Shown piece by piece: positions 1 through 9,128 of a stretch of DNA of 64,000 nt. This DNA is from Candidatus Kaiserbacteria bacterium (lineage in GTDB: Bacteria > Patescibacteriota > Minisyncoccia > Phycocordibacterales > Phycocordibacteraceae): positions 55,779 to 119,778 of the forward strand of contig CAWEXP010000006.1 of the NCBI GenBank assembly GCA_963813065.1, read 5' to 3'. Both the position numbers and the translations under genes were made by a program. The notes under the pieces are model-generated. The model was not told the origin of the DNA. It was given only the letters and a program-made list of their open reading frames with translations, and made no database searches. The stretch's first letter is position 1. Every line of letters starts with the position of its first letter.

Positions 1-24
1 CATCGCTCTCGAACGGCGGCTAAC

Positions 25-282
25 ATGACTTTTGCAAATTGGGTCAATAGCATCATCGGCGCGCTCAACACGATCGTCGTGCCGATCATCTTCGCGCTCG
101 CCTTTATCTCCTTCCTCTGGGGCGTCGTGAATTATTTCTTCCTCCATCCGGGCGACGAGTCCAAGCGCGCCGAGGGTCGCCAGTTCGTCTTGTGGGGCAT
201 TCTCGGGATGGTCGTCCTCTTCTCGGTCTGGGGAGTCGTCAATATATTGTTATCCACGCTCGGCATCGCGCCCTCGGCGTAG
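25..282 (+). CDS. TrbC/VirB2-like (T4SS pilin-type) small membrane protein, copy 1
   Basis: 85 aa, two hydrophobic helices with motif PIIFALAFISFLWGV...EGRQFVLWGILG...SVWGVVN shared with four neighbours. Confidence 0.75.
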   Translation: MTFANWVNSIIGALNTIVVPIIFALAFISFLWGVVNYFFLHPGDESKRAEGRQFVLWGILGMVVLFSVWGVVNILLSTLGIAPSA

Positions 283-300
283 TATGCGATACTTACCTCT

Positions 301-639
301 ATGAACTTCTCGCTTATCATTTCTTCGGGTAGTACGTGCACGGGAGCTATCTGTAATCTCGCGAACACCATCCTCTATCTTATTAACTATGTCGCGGTGC
401 CGGTGCTCTTCGCGCTCGCCTTTATCGTCTTCCTTTGGGGCATTGCGAGCGCCTACATTTTCTCGCACGGTGATCCAGACAAGGTGGCAGAGGGCCATAA
501 GCTGGTGCTCTGGGGCATCATCGGCTTCGTCGTGATGATCTCGCTCTGGGGCCTGGTCAATGTCGTCTCCTCGACCTTCGGCCTCTCGGGCTATGGCGCG
601 CCGCCGCTCCCGACCAGTAATCACTCGGTGGTCCTATGA
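301..639 (+). CDS. TrbC/VirB2-like pilin, copy 2
   Basis: 112 aa, same ALAFIVFLWG...LWGIIGFVVMISLWGLVN motif. Confidence 0.75.
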   Translation: MNFSLIISSGSTCTGAICNLANTILYLINYVAVPVLFALAFIVFLWGIASAYIFSHGDPDKVAEGHKLVLWGIIGFVVMISLWGLVNVVSSTFGLSGYGAPPLPTSNHSVVL

Positions 640-1754
640 GCGGCATCAACACCTCGTATCTCCAGGGTTACGAATCGAGCATCGTCGGCATCATCAACGG
701 TATCCTCGTCCCGCTCCTGATCGCGGTTGCCTTTATCGTCTTCCTCTGGGGCGTCTACAACTACTTCATCGCGGGCGCTGCTAATCCCGATAAGCGACAA
801 GAGGGAACGCAGTTTGTCTTGTATGGCGTTATCGGTCTCGTGATTATCTTCTCGGTCTGGGGCCTGGTGCAAATATTCCAAGGTACGCTCGGACTCTCGG
901 CCGGTACCATGCCCGCATATCCGACTCTAGGCACGCCGAGTTCAAACGCGGTCAATGCCGCGACGGGCGCCGTCACAGGCGCGGCGGCTACGGTCCCGGC
1001 CGGTGCGACAGTCACCGGCTACACGGCGACCGGTCAGCCAATTTATTCTGCTCCCGCGGGCACGACGATTCCGGGTTACGTCATTACCGGTACTACCGCG
1101 ACCGGTCAGCCGATCTATTCGCCCGCATCAGCGACCGGCTCCGGCTCGGGTGGCAATGATGGAACTGTCGGACAAGGAGGCAACTGCGAAAACAACGCAC
1201 AGGCTTGTTCTTCAGGATACATATGTCAAGTTAACAACAATGGTAATGACACTTGTGTTTCAGCAACGAGTGCAACAGGGCAAATCGCCTGCGACACGGG
1301 CTCCGTTCCCGCTGGAACCCAGTGCGCAAAGTGTTCAAATGGAGAAACTGCCGATACAGGAACTGATTGTCCAACCGGCAGCTCTGTAGTGGTGCCACAG
1401 GACAATTCCCTTGCAGCAGGAGGAGATTGCGAGGAGAATATAAATGCCTGCCAGTCCGGGCTTATCTGTCAGCAGATCGCAAACGGCGATGACACGTGTG
1501 TATCACCAAATAGCAGTCCAGGAGATGGAACGCTTGGAGCAGGAGGGGATTGTGAACAAAATGCTAATGCTTGTTCTTCAGGTTATTCGTGCCAGCAAAA
1601 CGCAAATGGCGACGACACGTGTGTAGCGTCTGGCGGCGCAACAGGACAGATTGCGTGTGACGCAGGCTCGGTTCCAGCTGGTCAGAGTTGTGTCTCATGT
1701 TGGGATGGCAGTACAGCCGATACTGCAGGTGATTGTCCCGCAAATCCTAATTAA
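636..1754 (+). CDS. Pilin-domain protein with C-terminal Cys-rich repeats
   Basis: N-terminal ~90 aa pilin motif; then TATGQPIYS x2, GGxCExNxxACxSGxxCQxxxNGxDTCV x3 and ATGQIACDxGSVPAG..C..C..G.TADT..DCP x2. Confidence 0.75.
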   Translation: MSGINTSYLQGYESSIVGIINGILVPLLIAVAFIVFLWGVYNYFIAGAANPDKRQEGTQFVLYGVIGLVIIFSVWGLVQIFQGTLGLSAGTMPAYPTLGTPSSNAVNAATGAVTGAAATVPAGATVTGYTATGQPIYSAPAGTTIPGYVITGTTATGQPIYSPASATGSGSGGNDGTVGQGGNCENNAQACSSGYICQVNNNGNDTCVSATSATGQIACDTGSVPAGTQCAKCSNGETADTGTDCPTGSSVVVPQDNSLAAGGDCEENINACQSGLICQQIANGDDTCVSPNSSPGDGTLGAGGDCEQNANACSSGYSCQQNANGDDTCVASGGATGQIACDAGSVPAGQSCVSCWDGSTADTAGDCPANPN

Positions 1755-1853
1755 AAACTGTGCGGTTTATTGATTATCCCCACATGCGCGAGAAATGCAT
1801 TGACCAGGCGCACGGGAGCGTTACACTACTAGAGTTATTCACTTACCCATACT

Positions 1854-2231
1854 ATGAAAAAAGCCCTCGTACCCGTTCTCGGAACTCTCGCGGCATTCGC
1901 TCTGCCGCTCGTTTCTTTCGCCGCTATCAACAACATCGCGGATGCCGGTTCCTTCTTTATCAACACGGTCAACAATATCGTCGTTCCGGTGCTCTTCGCG
2001 CTCGCCTTCATCGTCTTCCTCTTCGGCGTGTTCGAGACTTTCATTTGGGGTGCCAATAGCGAAGAGGTCAGAGAGAAGGGCAAGAACCTCATGCTCTGGG
2101 GCCTCATCGGATTCTTCGTCATGGTCTCGGTCTGGGGCTTGGTGAACATCCTCACGGGCACGATCTCCTTCGGTAACAACTCCGGTCCGACCGGCGGCAC
2201 GCCGACGGCAGGTGTCCAGGTCGGCGGCTAA
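1854..2231 (+). CDS. TrbC/VirB2-like pilin with signal peptide, copy 4
   Basis: MKKALV...LPLVSFAA signal peptide followed by pilin motif. Confidence 0.8.
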   Translation: MKKALVPVLGTLAAFALPLVSFAAINNIADAGSFFINTVNNIVVPVLFALAFIVFLFGVFETFIWGANSEEVREKGKNLMLWGLIGFFVMVSVWGLVNILTGTISFGNNSGPTGGTPTAGVQVGG

Positions 2232-2235
2232 CTCT

Positions 2236-2529
2236 ATGTTGAACGCGGCCGCCGCCGCTTCTGCGGGGAATCCAGTGCTCACTGGATTCCTTCAGCGCGT
2301 CGTAGTGCAAATCATCAATCCGATTATTCTCCTCCTCGCGGCGGGCGCGTTCGTGGTTTTCCTCTGGGGCGTGTTCGAGTTCATCCGCAACGCGGGCGAC
2401 GAGAAGGCGCGCCTCGAGGGCCGGAGCGCCATCCTTTGGGGCTTCGTTGGACTCGTGATTATCTTCGGCGCGTATGGACTCATCAACGTCGTGCTCACGA
2501 CCTTCAATATTCCAAACATCACCCATTAG
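2236..2529 (+). CDS. TrbC/VirB2-like pilin, copy 5
   Basis: ATG at 2236 in the 2212 ORF; IINPIILLL..AFVVFLWGV...GRSAILWGFVG motif. Confidence 0.75.
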   Translation: MLNAAAAASAGNPVLTGFLQRVVVQIINPIILLLAAGAFVVFLWGVFEFIRNAGDEKARLEGRSAILWGFVGLVIIFGAYGLINVVLTTFNIPNITH

Positions 2530-2611
2530 TGCTGGGGGAGAGACTTGAACTCTCAACCCTTACGGGACATGGTCCTAAGCCATGCGCGTATACCAATTCC
2601 GCCACCCCAGC
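2530..2611 (-). tRNA. tRNA-Leu(TAG)
   Basis: Reverse complement folds as a cloverleaf, anticodon arm catgg-ct TAG ga-ccatg, long variable arm, GTTCAAGT T-loop. Confidence 0.95.
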
Positions 2612-2700
2612 GTTCCAATCAGATTAACATAGCATAAGTCTTGAAACCTAGGAGAATGCTATGGTTTTATGGGTTGTCATATGGTAACCTATAGAATACT

Positions 2701-2976
2701 ATGCCAACCAATAAAAATGTCGGCTACCAGACGTTTATTTCAACCTCTGAACTGGCGAGGCTTATGGGTGTTAGTCGGCAAGCAATTCTGAAAAAAATAA
2801 AAACCGGCAATATACATGCCCAAAAAGTCGGAAGGAATTACATCATACCGGCTGAAGAATTTGCTTCCGCGGTCGGAGAGTTTGTTTCTCAGAAGAAAAA
2901 AGAAGAAATTGAACGTGTGGTGAAAAAAGCGGTTAAAGAATACCGAGAGACGCTTCGTCTACTCGGGCGTGAATAA
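2701..2976 (+). CDS. Excisionase-like HTH protein, probable antitoxin
   Basis: ISTSELARLMGVSRQAILKKIKTGNIHAQKVGRNYII HTH; 3 nt upstream of a Fic/Doc gene. Confidence 0.75.
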   Translation: MPTNKNVGYQTFISTSELARLMGVSRQAILKKIKTGNIHAQKVGRNYIIPAEEFASAVGEFVSQKKKEEIERVVKKAVKEYRETLRLLGRE

Positions 2977-2979
2977 GGT

Positions 2980-3444
2980 ATGGCGAGAAGGCCGATCAAG
3001 TCGCTATCGGTTGTTGAGGTTGAATATGTTGCGCACCGTCTTGCGCAAGAGTTGATGGATTATGGCGAGCCCATACCGCCGTTCAATACTCGTTTTCCAG
3101 ATCGTCTTGAAAGTTGCTTGAAAACTCCTTTCCAGAAGTTCGACAATAAAAGTCTTTATGCGGGCCTTGTGCTTAAGGCGGCAATGTTGTTCTACTTGAT
3201 GGTAAAAAATCATCCTTTTCAAAACGGCAACAAGAGAGTTGCGGTATTAACGTTGCTTGTTTTCCTCAGCGAGAATGGGCGTTGGTTGAAAGTAGCCAAT
3301 ATTACGCTCTACACATTTGCCAGAGAGATAGCAGAGAGTGACTCTGCGAAAAGCAGAGAAACAATAAGACACATCGTGGATTTCATAGAAAATTATGCCA
3401 TCCACTCTTCTGAAGATGAAATTGTGGAGGATGAAACGTTCTAA
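2980..3444 (+). CDS. Fic/Doc family toxin
   Basis: HPFQNGNKR Doc-type motif. Confidence 0.85.
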   Translation: MARRPIKSLSVVEVEYVAHRLAQELMDYGEPIPPFNTRFPDRLESCLKTPFQKFDNKSLYAGLVLKAAMLFYLMVKNHPFQNGNKRVAVLTLLVFLSENGRWLKVANITLYTFAREIAESDSAKSRETIRHIVDFIENYAIHSSEDEIVEDETF

Positions 3445-3451
3445 TTTTATT

Positions 3452-5014
3452 TTACGCCTTCGGCAAGGTGAACCAGAAGGTACTGCCGAGGTCGGTGCCG
3501 GGGGAGTCGAAGCCAACCGTGCCACCCTGGCGCTCGGCGAGATTCTTCAAGAGCGAGAGGCCGAGGCCGGTGCCTTCGGTGTCGGCAATGCGCGCCGAGT
3601 CGGCGCGGAAGAAGCCGGAGAAAATGCTTTTACGATTCTCGGGCGCGATACCGATGCCGGTATCGGTAACTGAAAAACGGACGTTGCCGCGATCATCGGG
3701 CGCGATATATACCGCAATCGAGCCTATCGTTGTGTAGTGAACGGCATTCTCGACGAGCACATCAATCATCGAGGCAACGGCGCGCTCTGCGGCAAGCGCA
3801 CGCACGGCCTTGGAGAAGTCGGTCGTGACCACGATCTTTTTTCGTTCGGTCTCGGTTTTGAAACGCTCCAGCGCGGCTTGGGTAAGCGGCACGAGATCGA
3901 CCGGTGCCTTCTGGAGCGCCGTCGCTTCGCCCGAGTGCGAGACTTCAATCAGCGCGTTCGTCAGCTCGACGAGACGGTTCGCCGCTTCGTCGATGTGCGC
4001 GAGGCCGGTACGTGTCGCGTCATCGACATTCGGGTGCTCAAGCATCTCGGCGATACTCCAGCGGATTTCGGTCAGCGGCGTGCGGAGCTTGTGCGTCGCG
4101 ACCGTGATGAACTCGTACTTGAGCCGCTCGCTTTCATTCAACTGCCAGAGCACTAAGCGACCGACGGCGAGTGCGATCAATGCCACAATGAGTGGAAGCA
4201 TCCAGAATTGGAGTTCGGGAATCACTCGCGCCAAGACCGAGTTCAAAAGAAGTAGGACCACGAGGAAGGCCGTGACCGCGGCAATCGCCAGCGCGTAGTA
4301 GAAGGTGCGTCGCACCGCAATGCGGATGTCGAGGAGATCGTTCGCGAAGATACCGTACGCAATCGGGAGCATGCAGAAGCCGGTCAACAGGCCCAGAATT
4401 GGATCAATGGGCACATCGAAGACGGGCAGGAAATTGATCGAGCCGAAGAGATAGGCAATCACGAACATGAGGATGAAATATTCGAACCGTTTGCGCTCGA
4501 CCCCGGTCGAGGATCGGTAGACCAGGGTGAGATTCACTATCGGCACCAGCGGGAAGCCCAGGAAATAGGCAAGCATGACGCCATAGAGCCAGCCACCCTC
4601 GAGATAATAGAAGAAGTATGCCTTGGGGAGCACGGTGGGCAAGAACCATGAGGGCTCAAGGCGCGCGGCAAGCAGGATGGCGATGCCGACGCCATAGCTC
4701 AAGATAATATACCAGCGCAATACCTTGTCTTTACCCGCGACGCGGAGGACGAAGTGCACCACGAACATCACAATAAAAACGTCGACGATATTGAGCGACC
4801 ACCAGAAGTAGGCGGGTGCGTAGGAGGTCTGCAGAGCGGCAATGATAAAGAAGACCTCGTACAAGAACACGCCGATGATCATGAAAAAGAAGAGCTGGTT
4901 CTCCAGCTTGCGCCATTTCTGTGTCGCGACGAAGGCGGAGACGCCGAGCAGAAGCGCTCCCGAGAGGGCGTGCCCCGCGATGGCAACCAAGAGCTCTGGC
5001 GGAAAGGTGTTCAT
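3452..5014 (-). CDS. Membrane sensor histidine kinase
   Basis: Multi-TM N-terminus; H-box ATHKLRTPLT, N-box LVENAVHY, DTGIGI and GTGLGL boxes. Confidence 0.92.
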   Translation of the reverse strand: MNTFPPELLVAIAGHALSGALLLGVSAFVATQKWRKLENQLFFFMIIGVFLYEVFFIIAALQTSYAPAYFWWSLNIVDVFIVMFVVHFVLRVAGKDKVLRWYIILSYGVGIAILLAARLEPSWFLPTVLPKAYFFYYLEGGWLYGVMLAYFLGFPLVPIVNLTLVYRSSTGVERKRFEYFILMFVIAYLFGSINFLPVFDVPIDPILGLLTGFCMLPIAYGIFANDLLDIRIAVRRTFYYALAIAAVTAFLVVLLLLNSVLARVIPELQFWMLPLIVALIALAVGRLVLWQLNESERLKYEFITVATHKLRTPLTEIRWSIAEMLEHPNVDDATRTGLAHIDEAANRLVELTNALIEVSHSGEATALQKAPVDLVPLTQAALERFKTETERKKIVVTTDFSKAVRALAAERAVASMIDVLVENAVHYTTIGSIAVYIAPDDRGNVRFSVTDTGIGIAPENRKSIFSGFFRADSARIADTEGTGLGLSLLKNLAERQGGTVGFDSPGTDLGSTFWFTLPKA

Positions 5015-5022
5015 CGCCGGAT

Positions 5023-5415
5023 CTACGGCGTCTTGAGGCGCGCTTTCACCCTATCGACTATTTCGTTGGGGAGCGTCATCGCCTTAACCATGAAGTCTTC
5101 GGCACCGAGCGCACGCAGTTCTTTCTGTTCTGTTTCCGCGCTGAGGTTGGAGAGAACGATGATGGGAATATTTTTGGTCGCGGGGTCAGCCTTCAATTGT
5201 TTCAAGACCTCTTTGCCGTCAATCTTCGGCAAGACCAGATCGAGCAAGACGAGATCCGGTTTCTCTCGGCGAATGAGCTCGAGGCCCGATTCACCATCCC
5301 CTGCGGTAGCGGTCGAATATCCCGCTTCGGTCAACATCCTGCTCACGGTACCAGAAAAGAACGGCTCGTCTTCGACGTACACCACAACGATTCGGGCATG
5401 ATGATCATCAGACAT
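5023..5415 (-). CDS. Single-domain response regulator (receiver)
   Basis: VEDE, PDLVLLDLVLP, IIVLSN, FMVK motifs; ATG at 5415. Confidence 0.9.
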   Translation of the reverse strand: MSDDHHARIVVVYVEDEPFFSGTVSRMLTEAGYSTATAGDGESGLELIRREKPDLVLLDLVLPKIDGKEVLKQLKADPATKNIPIIVLSNLSAETEQKELRALGAEDFMVKAMTLPNEIVDRVKARLKTP

Positions 5416-5478
5416 AGATAGTCCAAGTATACCCCGGGCCACGCGTGGCAAAAGGGGGACTGTGAGTAACGTAACGGG

Positions 5479-5551
5479 TGCGCCCACCAGGGCTCGAACC
5501 TGGGACCCACTGCTTAAGAGGCAGTTGCTCTACCAACTGAGCTATGGGCGC
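5479..5551 (-). tRNA. tRNA-Lys(CTT)
   Basis: Cloverleaf, anticodon arm actgc-ct CTT aa-gcagt. Confidence 0.95.
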
Positions 5552-5575
5552 AATATTTCCCTTATACCATATTTG

Positions 5576-5664
5576 TACCGAGGGTGAGACTCGAACTCAC
5601 ATGAAGGTTTTTAGGCCCTCTCAGGATTTTAAGTCCTGTGCGTCTACCATTCCGCCACCTCGGC
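5576..5664 (-). tRNA. tRNA-Leu(TAA)
   Basis: Cloverleaf, cagga-ct TAA aa-tcctg, long variable arm. Confidence 0.93.
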
Positions 5665-5668
5665 GAGC

Positions 5669-5938
5669 CTATACTGGCAACTTTATTTTCGTGTGCTGTG
5701 CAAGCGTTGCAATCTGCCGGTCGTGCCGTGCTAAGTGCACCGCGCCGGCACCGTTTTCTATATCGAGCCGGTGTATGGCACCGGCGATTCCATCGAGAGT
5801 ATTTTCTATACGTGCCGCCGTACCCGCAACAGTATCCAGCTTGTCATGGATTTCTCCCAATTCAACTTTGACGTCAGCGAGCTCCTCTTTGGTCGCGAAG
5901 ACCCCTTTCAATTTCGTGATGTCCGCGTTGGTAATCAT
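5669..5938 (-). CDS. Small coiled-coil hypothetical protein
   Basis: 89 aa, FATKEEL motif and heptad pattern, lies between tRNAs. Confidence 0.65.
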   Translation of the reverse strand: MITNADITKLKGVFATKEELADVKVELGEIHDKLDTVAGTAARIENTLDGIAGAIHRLDIENGAGAVHLARHDRQIATLAQHTKIKLPV

Positions 5939-5965
5939 GTGAACAATATACTACCATGCAGAGAC

Positions 5966-6040
5966 GGCCCGGTGGCGAAGTGGTAACGCGACGGTCTGCA
6001 AAACCGTTATGCGCGGGTTCAATTCCCGCCCGGGCCTCCA
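5966..6040 (+). tRNA. tRNA-Cys(GCA), encoded CCA
   Basis: acggt-ct GCA aa-accgt; GTTCAATT T-loop; ends in CCA. Confidence 0.95.
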
Positions 6041-6387
6041 GTGGTAGAGCGGTCGTCGAGCATGAAGTCGACGCGCGGGAGCGGGCGTAAGCGGGTGTGC
6101 TTTTTTAAATGTTCGGAAAAACTCGTGCGTTGGCGCTCGAGAAAAGAAATCGCGGCGCGACCGCGGTCCTCGGGGAAGACGGAGACGAAGACTGTCATGC
6201 GCCCGCCCGACCGGACGAGTCCGCTCGTTCGGGCAGGCTCGCCGTGCGAGAGCGGAAGTGCGCGGACGACCGTGATCAGGGAGCCAGGGCCCGCCTCCTG
6301 CGCGATGAAGTTCGCGGCTTCGTGCGCGATCAACTCGGCGGCGCGATCGTTGTGATGGCTCTTCGACCGGGGGCGTTCGGGATTCAT
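6019..6387 (-). CDS. rbfA: Ribosome-binding factor A with 12-aa insertion
   Basis: Directly downstream of infB; LITVVR, VFVSVFP, LRPLPRVDFMLD pattern. Confidence 0.8.
   Translation of the reverse strand: MNPERPRSKSHHNDRAAELIAHEAANFIAQEAGPGSLITVVRALPLSHGEPARTSGLVRSGGRMTVFVSVFPEDRGRAAISFLERQRTSFSEHLKKHTRLRPLPRVDFMLDDRSTTGGPGGN
6202..6237 (-). repeat. 36-nt CCTGCCCG-type palindromic insert in rbfA
   Basis: cctgcccgaacgagcggactcgtccggtcgggcggg, hairpin, encodes PARTSGLVRSGG in frame. Confidence 0.7.
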
Positions 6388-7853
6388 GATTCAGAAATAG
6401 TGAACGCGACGAGCTCGTCGCCGGGCGCGGCGTCCTCCTTGGCCTCAATCTCGGTGCCGAATTCGCCTTCGGTGTGGATCTCTTTCACATCAGCGCGCGC
6501 GACTTGGAGATTCAAAATCTTGCCACGGGCGATCTCCTCGCCGCGGCGTTCGAGCTTGACCAGTGCGCCGAGTGCGAAGGCGCCGGAGAGATGGCGCACG
6601 CCGAGCACCTGCCGCTTCGCGCCCGAGGAAAATGTTTTCAACACTTTCCCGCGGCCGAGCTCGACCTCGCGCGCGATGTGCGGTGCGCGCTCGGCGAGGA
6701 GCTCGGTAACTTTCTCTGACAATTCATAAATAATCGTGAACGATGCGATGGGGACGCCATCGCGCTCGGCGAGTTCGCGCGCGGCCGAGTCGACGCTGGT
6801 GTTGAAGGTGATAATCGTGGCACTCGCCGCCGAGGCAGACTTCACATCGCCCTCGGCCACCGAGCCGACGCCTGCAGAAATGATGGAAATCACCACACCT
6901 TCGTGCGAGAGCTTCAAGAGCTCGTGTTGGATCGCGTCGATGGAGCCCTGCACGTCAGCTTTGATGACGAGCGGGAGCTCAACGACGCCTTCGGCGAGGG
7001 TGTCGCGGGCGACCGCGGCTTTCGCGGCGTTCATCGTGGCATGAGTGAGCACCTCGGCTTCTTTTTTGGTCTTCGCGAGCGTGAAAGGCGTGCCGGCATC
7101 GGGCAATTTCGAGAATCCAGAAATGCGCACGGGCTCCGCGGGCCCAGCCGATTCGATCCGCTTACCGAGATAGTTCTCGATGAAGCGCACGGGCGCGAAA
7201 GCGTCACCCGCGACAACGAACGTCCCCGTATTGAGGGTGCCGTCGCGGATGATGAGTGTGGCAGAGGCGCCGCGCTTGGCGTCTTGAGTCGATTCGAGGA
7301 CGAAGCCCTCGGCCGGAGCCGCGACATCGGCAGTCAGCTCGAGGAGGTCGGCCGCGAGGAGCACGAGGTCGAGGAGCTCGGGGATGCCCGCGCCACTTTT
7401 ATTAGAAACGAGCGCGTACGGGATGTCGCCGCCGAGGCCCTCGATATAGACGCCGTGTTCGAGCAGGGAATTCTTTGCGTGTTCGACGTCGGCATTATTT
7501 TTATCAATTTTTGTAATCGCGACGACGAAAGGAATTTTCGCTTCTTGGATTGCGGCGAGTGCATCGAGCGTTTGCGGCATCACGCCCTCGTCCGCCGCGA
7601 CGACGAGGATGGCGATGTCGGCCGACTGTGCGCCGCGTGCCCGCAGAGTTTTAAAAGCTTCGTGCCCGGGCGTATCGAGAAAGGTAACCTTGCGCCCCTG
7701 ATGTTCGGCAACATACGCCGAGACGTGTTGGGTAATCCCGCCCGCTTCGCCGGCCACCGTATTGGCGGTCCGGATATAATCGAGGAGGGAAGACTTGCCG
7801 TGGTCTATGTGACCCATCACCGCGATGATGGGCGCTCGCGCGGTTCTCGCCAT
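6384..7853 (-). CDS. infB: Translation initiation factor IF-2 (short form)
   Basis: [30 protein letters not shown] motifs. Confidence 0.97.
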   Translation of the reverse strand: MARTARAPIIAVMGHIDHGKSSLLDYIRTANTVAGEAGGITQHVSAYVAEHQGRKVTFLDTPGHEAFKTLRARGAQSADIAILVVAADEGVMPQTLDALAAIQEAKIPFVVAITKIDKNNADVEHAKNSLLEHGVYIEGLGGDIPYALVSNKSGAGIPELLDLVLLAADLLELTADVAAPAEGFVLESTQDAKRGASATLIIRDGTLNTGTFVVAGDAFAPVRFIENYLGKRIESAGPAEPVRISGFSKLPDAGTPFTLAKTKKEAEVLTHATMNAAKAAVARDTLAEGVVELPLVIKADVQGSIDAIQHELLKLSHEGVVISIISAGVGSVAEGDVKSASAASATIITFNTSVDSAARELAERDGVPIASFTIIYELSEKVTELLAERAPHIAREVELGRGKVLKTFSSGAKRQVLGVRHLSGAFALGALVKLERRGEEIARGKILNLQVARADVKEIHTEGEFGTEIEAKEDAAPGDELVAFTISES

Positions 7854-7910
7854 ATAGAGCCTATTTCATCATAAAAATGGCTTTACTGCAATGTGCGGTA
7901 GAATGAAGAA

Positions 7911-9116
7911 ATGTTTTTCAAGAAGCGAACATATCTCGATTATGCCGCGGGGGCTAAAGGGAATCCGAGCTCAGCGCATGAGGAAGGCCGCAGGTCCCGA
8001 GAGCAACTCGAGGGAGCCCGCAAAGACATTGCAACTCTGACGGAGGTGAAACCAGACGACATCATTTTCACCAGCGGCGCGACGGAGGCGAATGCCATCG
8101 CCATCCTTGGGATAGGTAACTGTGAAGGTCAGACCTTCACAAAAAAACATGCGCTGTATTTGCCGAGTGCCCACGCGTCGATAGTCGAAAATATGAAATT
8201 GCTCGAGGAACGGGGAGTCGTGGTCGAGCCGTTGCCGATTAAAAATGGACAAGTTGATTGCCCAGCACTCGAAAAAATGATTCGACCGGAAACGGTGCTT
8301 GTTGCGATGGACGCGGTCTGTGGTGAGACGGGGACAATCTGGAATACGCGTGAGGTTGCAAATGTTCTGCGCGTGGCGGAGAAACGTTTTCTAGCTCCCT
8401 CGGGCCTCATCGGAATGAGTCAGCCAGTCGCGTCGAAAAGCTTTTTCCCCTCACGGGCTCTTCTGCACGTGGACGCGAGTCAGGCGCCGATGACCGAAAA
8501 GATTTCGCGCGCACATTTCTCGGCCGACACTTTGGTTTTTGATTCGGTGAAAGTCGGTGGGCCGCGTGGCGTCGGGTGCCTCATCGCGCACCGTACCATT
8601 CCCATCGCTCCCTTATATAGAGGCGGCGGCCAGGAGCGCGGCCTGCGACCAGGCACCGAGAATCCCGAGGCGGCGAGAGATTTTGCGCGGGCATTACGGA
8701 CTGCGAATGAAAACCATGATGCATTTCGTGCACACTCAACTTCGCTTAGGGCGCTTCTGCTCAAGGATTTAGCAAGGTTAAACCTTAAGAATAATGCATC
8801 AAGGTTTAACCTTGCTATAAATGCCGGCAAGGAAGTCGCTCCACACATTTTGAATATCTCTCTGCCCGGCAAGGATACCGATTATCTCGTCGCGCTCCTC
8901 GATGAGGCCGGGTTCGCCGTCTCGACGCGGAGCGCGTGCGAGACCGATTCAGAAGAGGGTTCGCGCGCGGTCTTTGCATTGACCAATGATCTCGAACGCG
9001 CGAAATCAACCCTCCGCATCTCGTGGGGACCTGCCACCTCCGACCGCGATCTTGCGCGTTTTGCCGCCGAACTCGTGCGTCAGGTCGCCTTCATTGACAG
9101 CACGGCTTCGCGGTAG
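7911..9116 (+). CDS. Cysteine desulfurase (IscS/NifS-like, PLP class V) with three palindromic inserts
   Basis: YLDYAA, FTSGATEAN, HVDASQA, GGGQERGLRPGTEN, STRSAC catalytic loop. Confidence 0.9.
   Translation: MFFKKRTYLDYAAGAKGNPSSAHEEGRRSREQLEGARKDIATLTEVKPDDIIFTSGATEANAIAILGIGNCEGQTFTKKHALYLPSAHASIVENMKLLEERGVVVEPLPIKNGQVDCPALEKMIRPETVLVAMDAVCGETGTIWNTREVANVLRVAEKRFLAPSGLIGMSQPVASKSFFPSRALLHVDASQAPMTEKISRAHFSADTLVFDSVKVGGPRGVGCLIAHRTIPIAPLYRGGGQERGLRPGTENPEAARDFARALRTANENHDAFRAHSTSLRALLLKDLARLNLKNNASRFNLAINAGKEVAPHILNISLPGKDTDYLVALLDEAGFAVSTRSACETDSEEGSRAVFALTNDLERAKSTLRISWGPATSDRDLARFAAELVRQVAFIDSTASR
8121..8141. repeat. 21-nt intragenic palindrome (AGGTC-A-GACCT core)
   Basis: tgtgaaggtc-a-gaccttcaca, perfect 10-bp arms. 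Confidence 0.8.
8770..8817. repeat. 48-nt REPIN-like doublet (AGGTT-W-AACCT cores)
   Basis: 17-bp perfect inverted repeat tagcaaggttaaacctt / aaggtttaaccttgcta, 14-nt spacer. Confidence 0.85.
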
Positions 9117-9128
9117 CATCATAGGCCT

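Noticed and set aside
6903-7874. Long antisense ORFs over infB, clpB, mreB, lysS, ftsI
   Set aside because: Shadow ORFs expected from GC-rich codon usage; no recognisable motifs.
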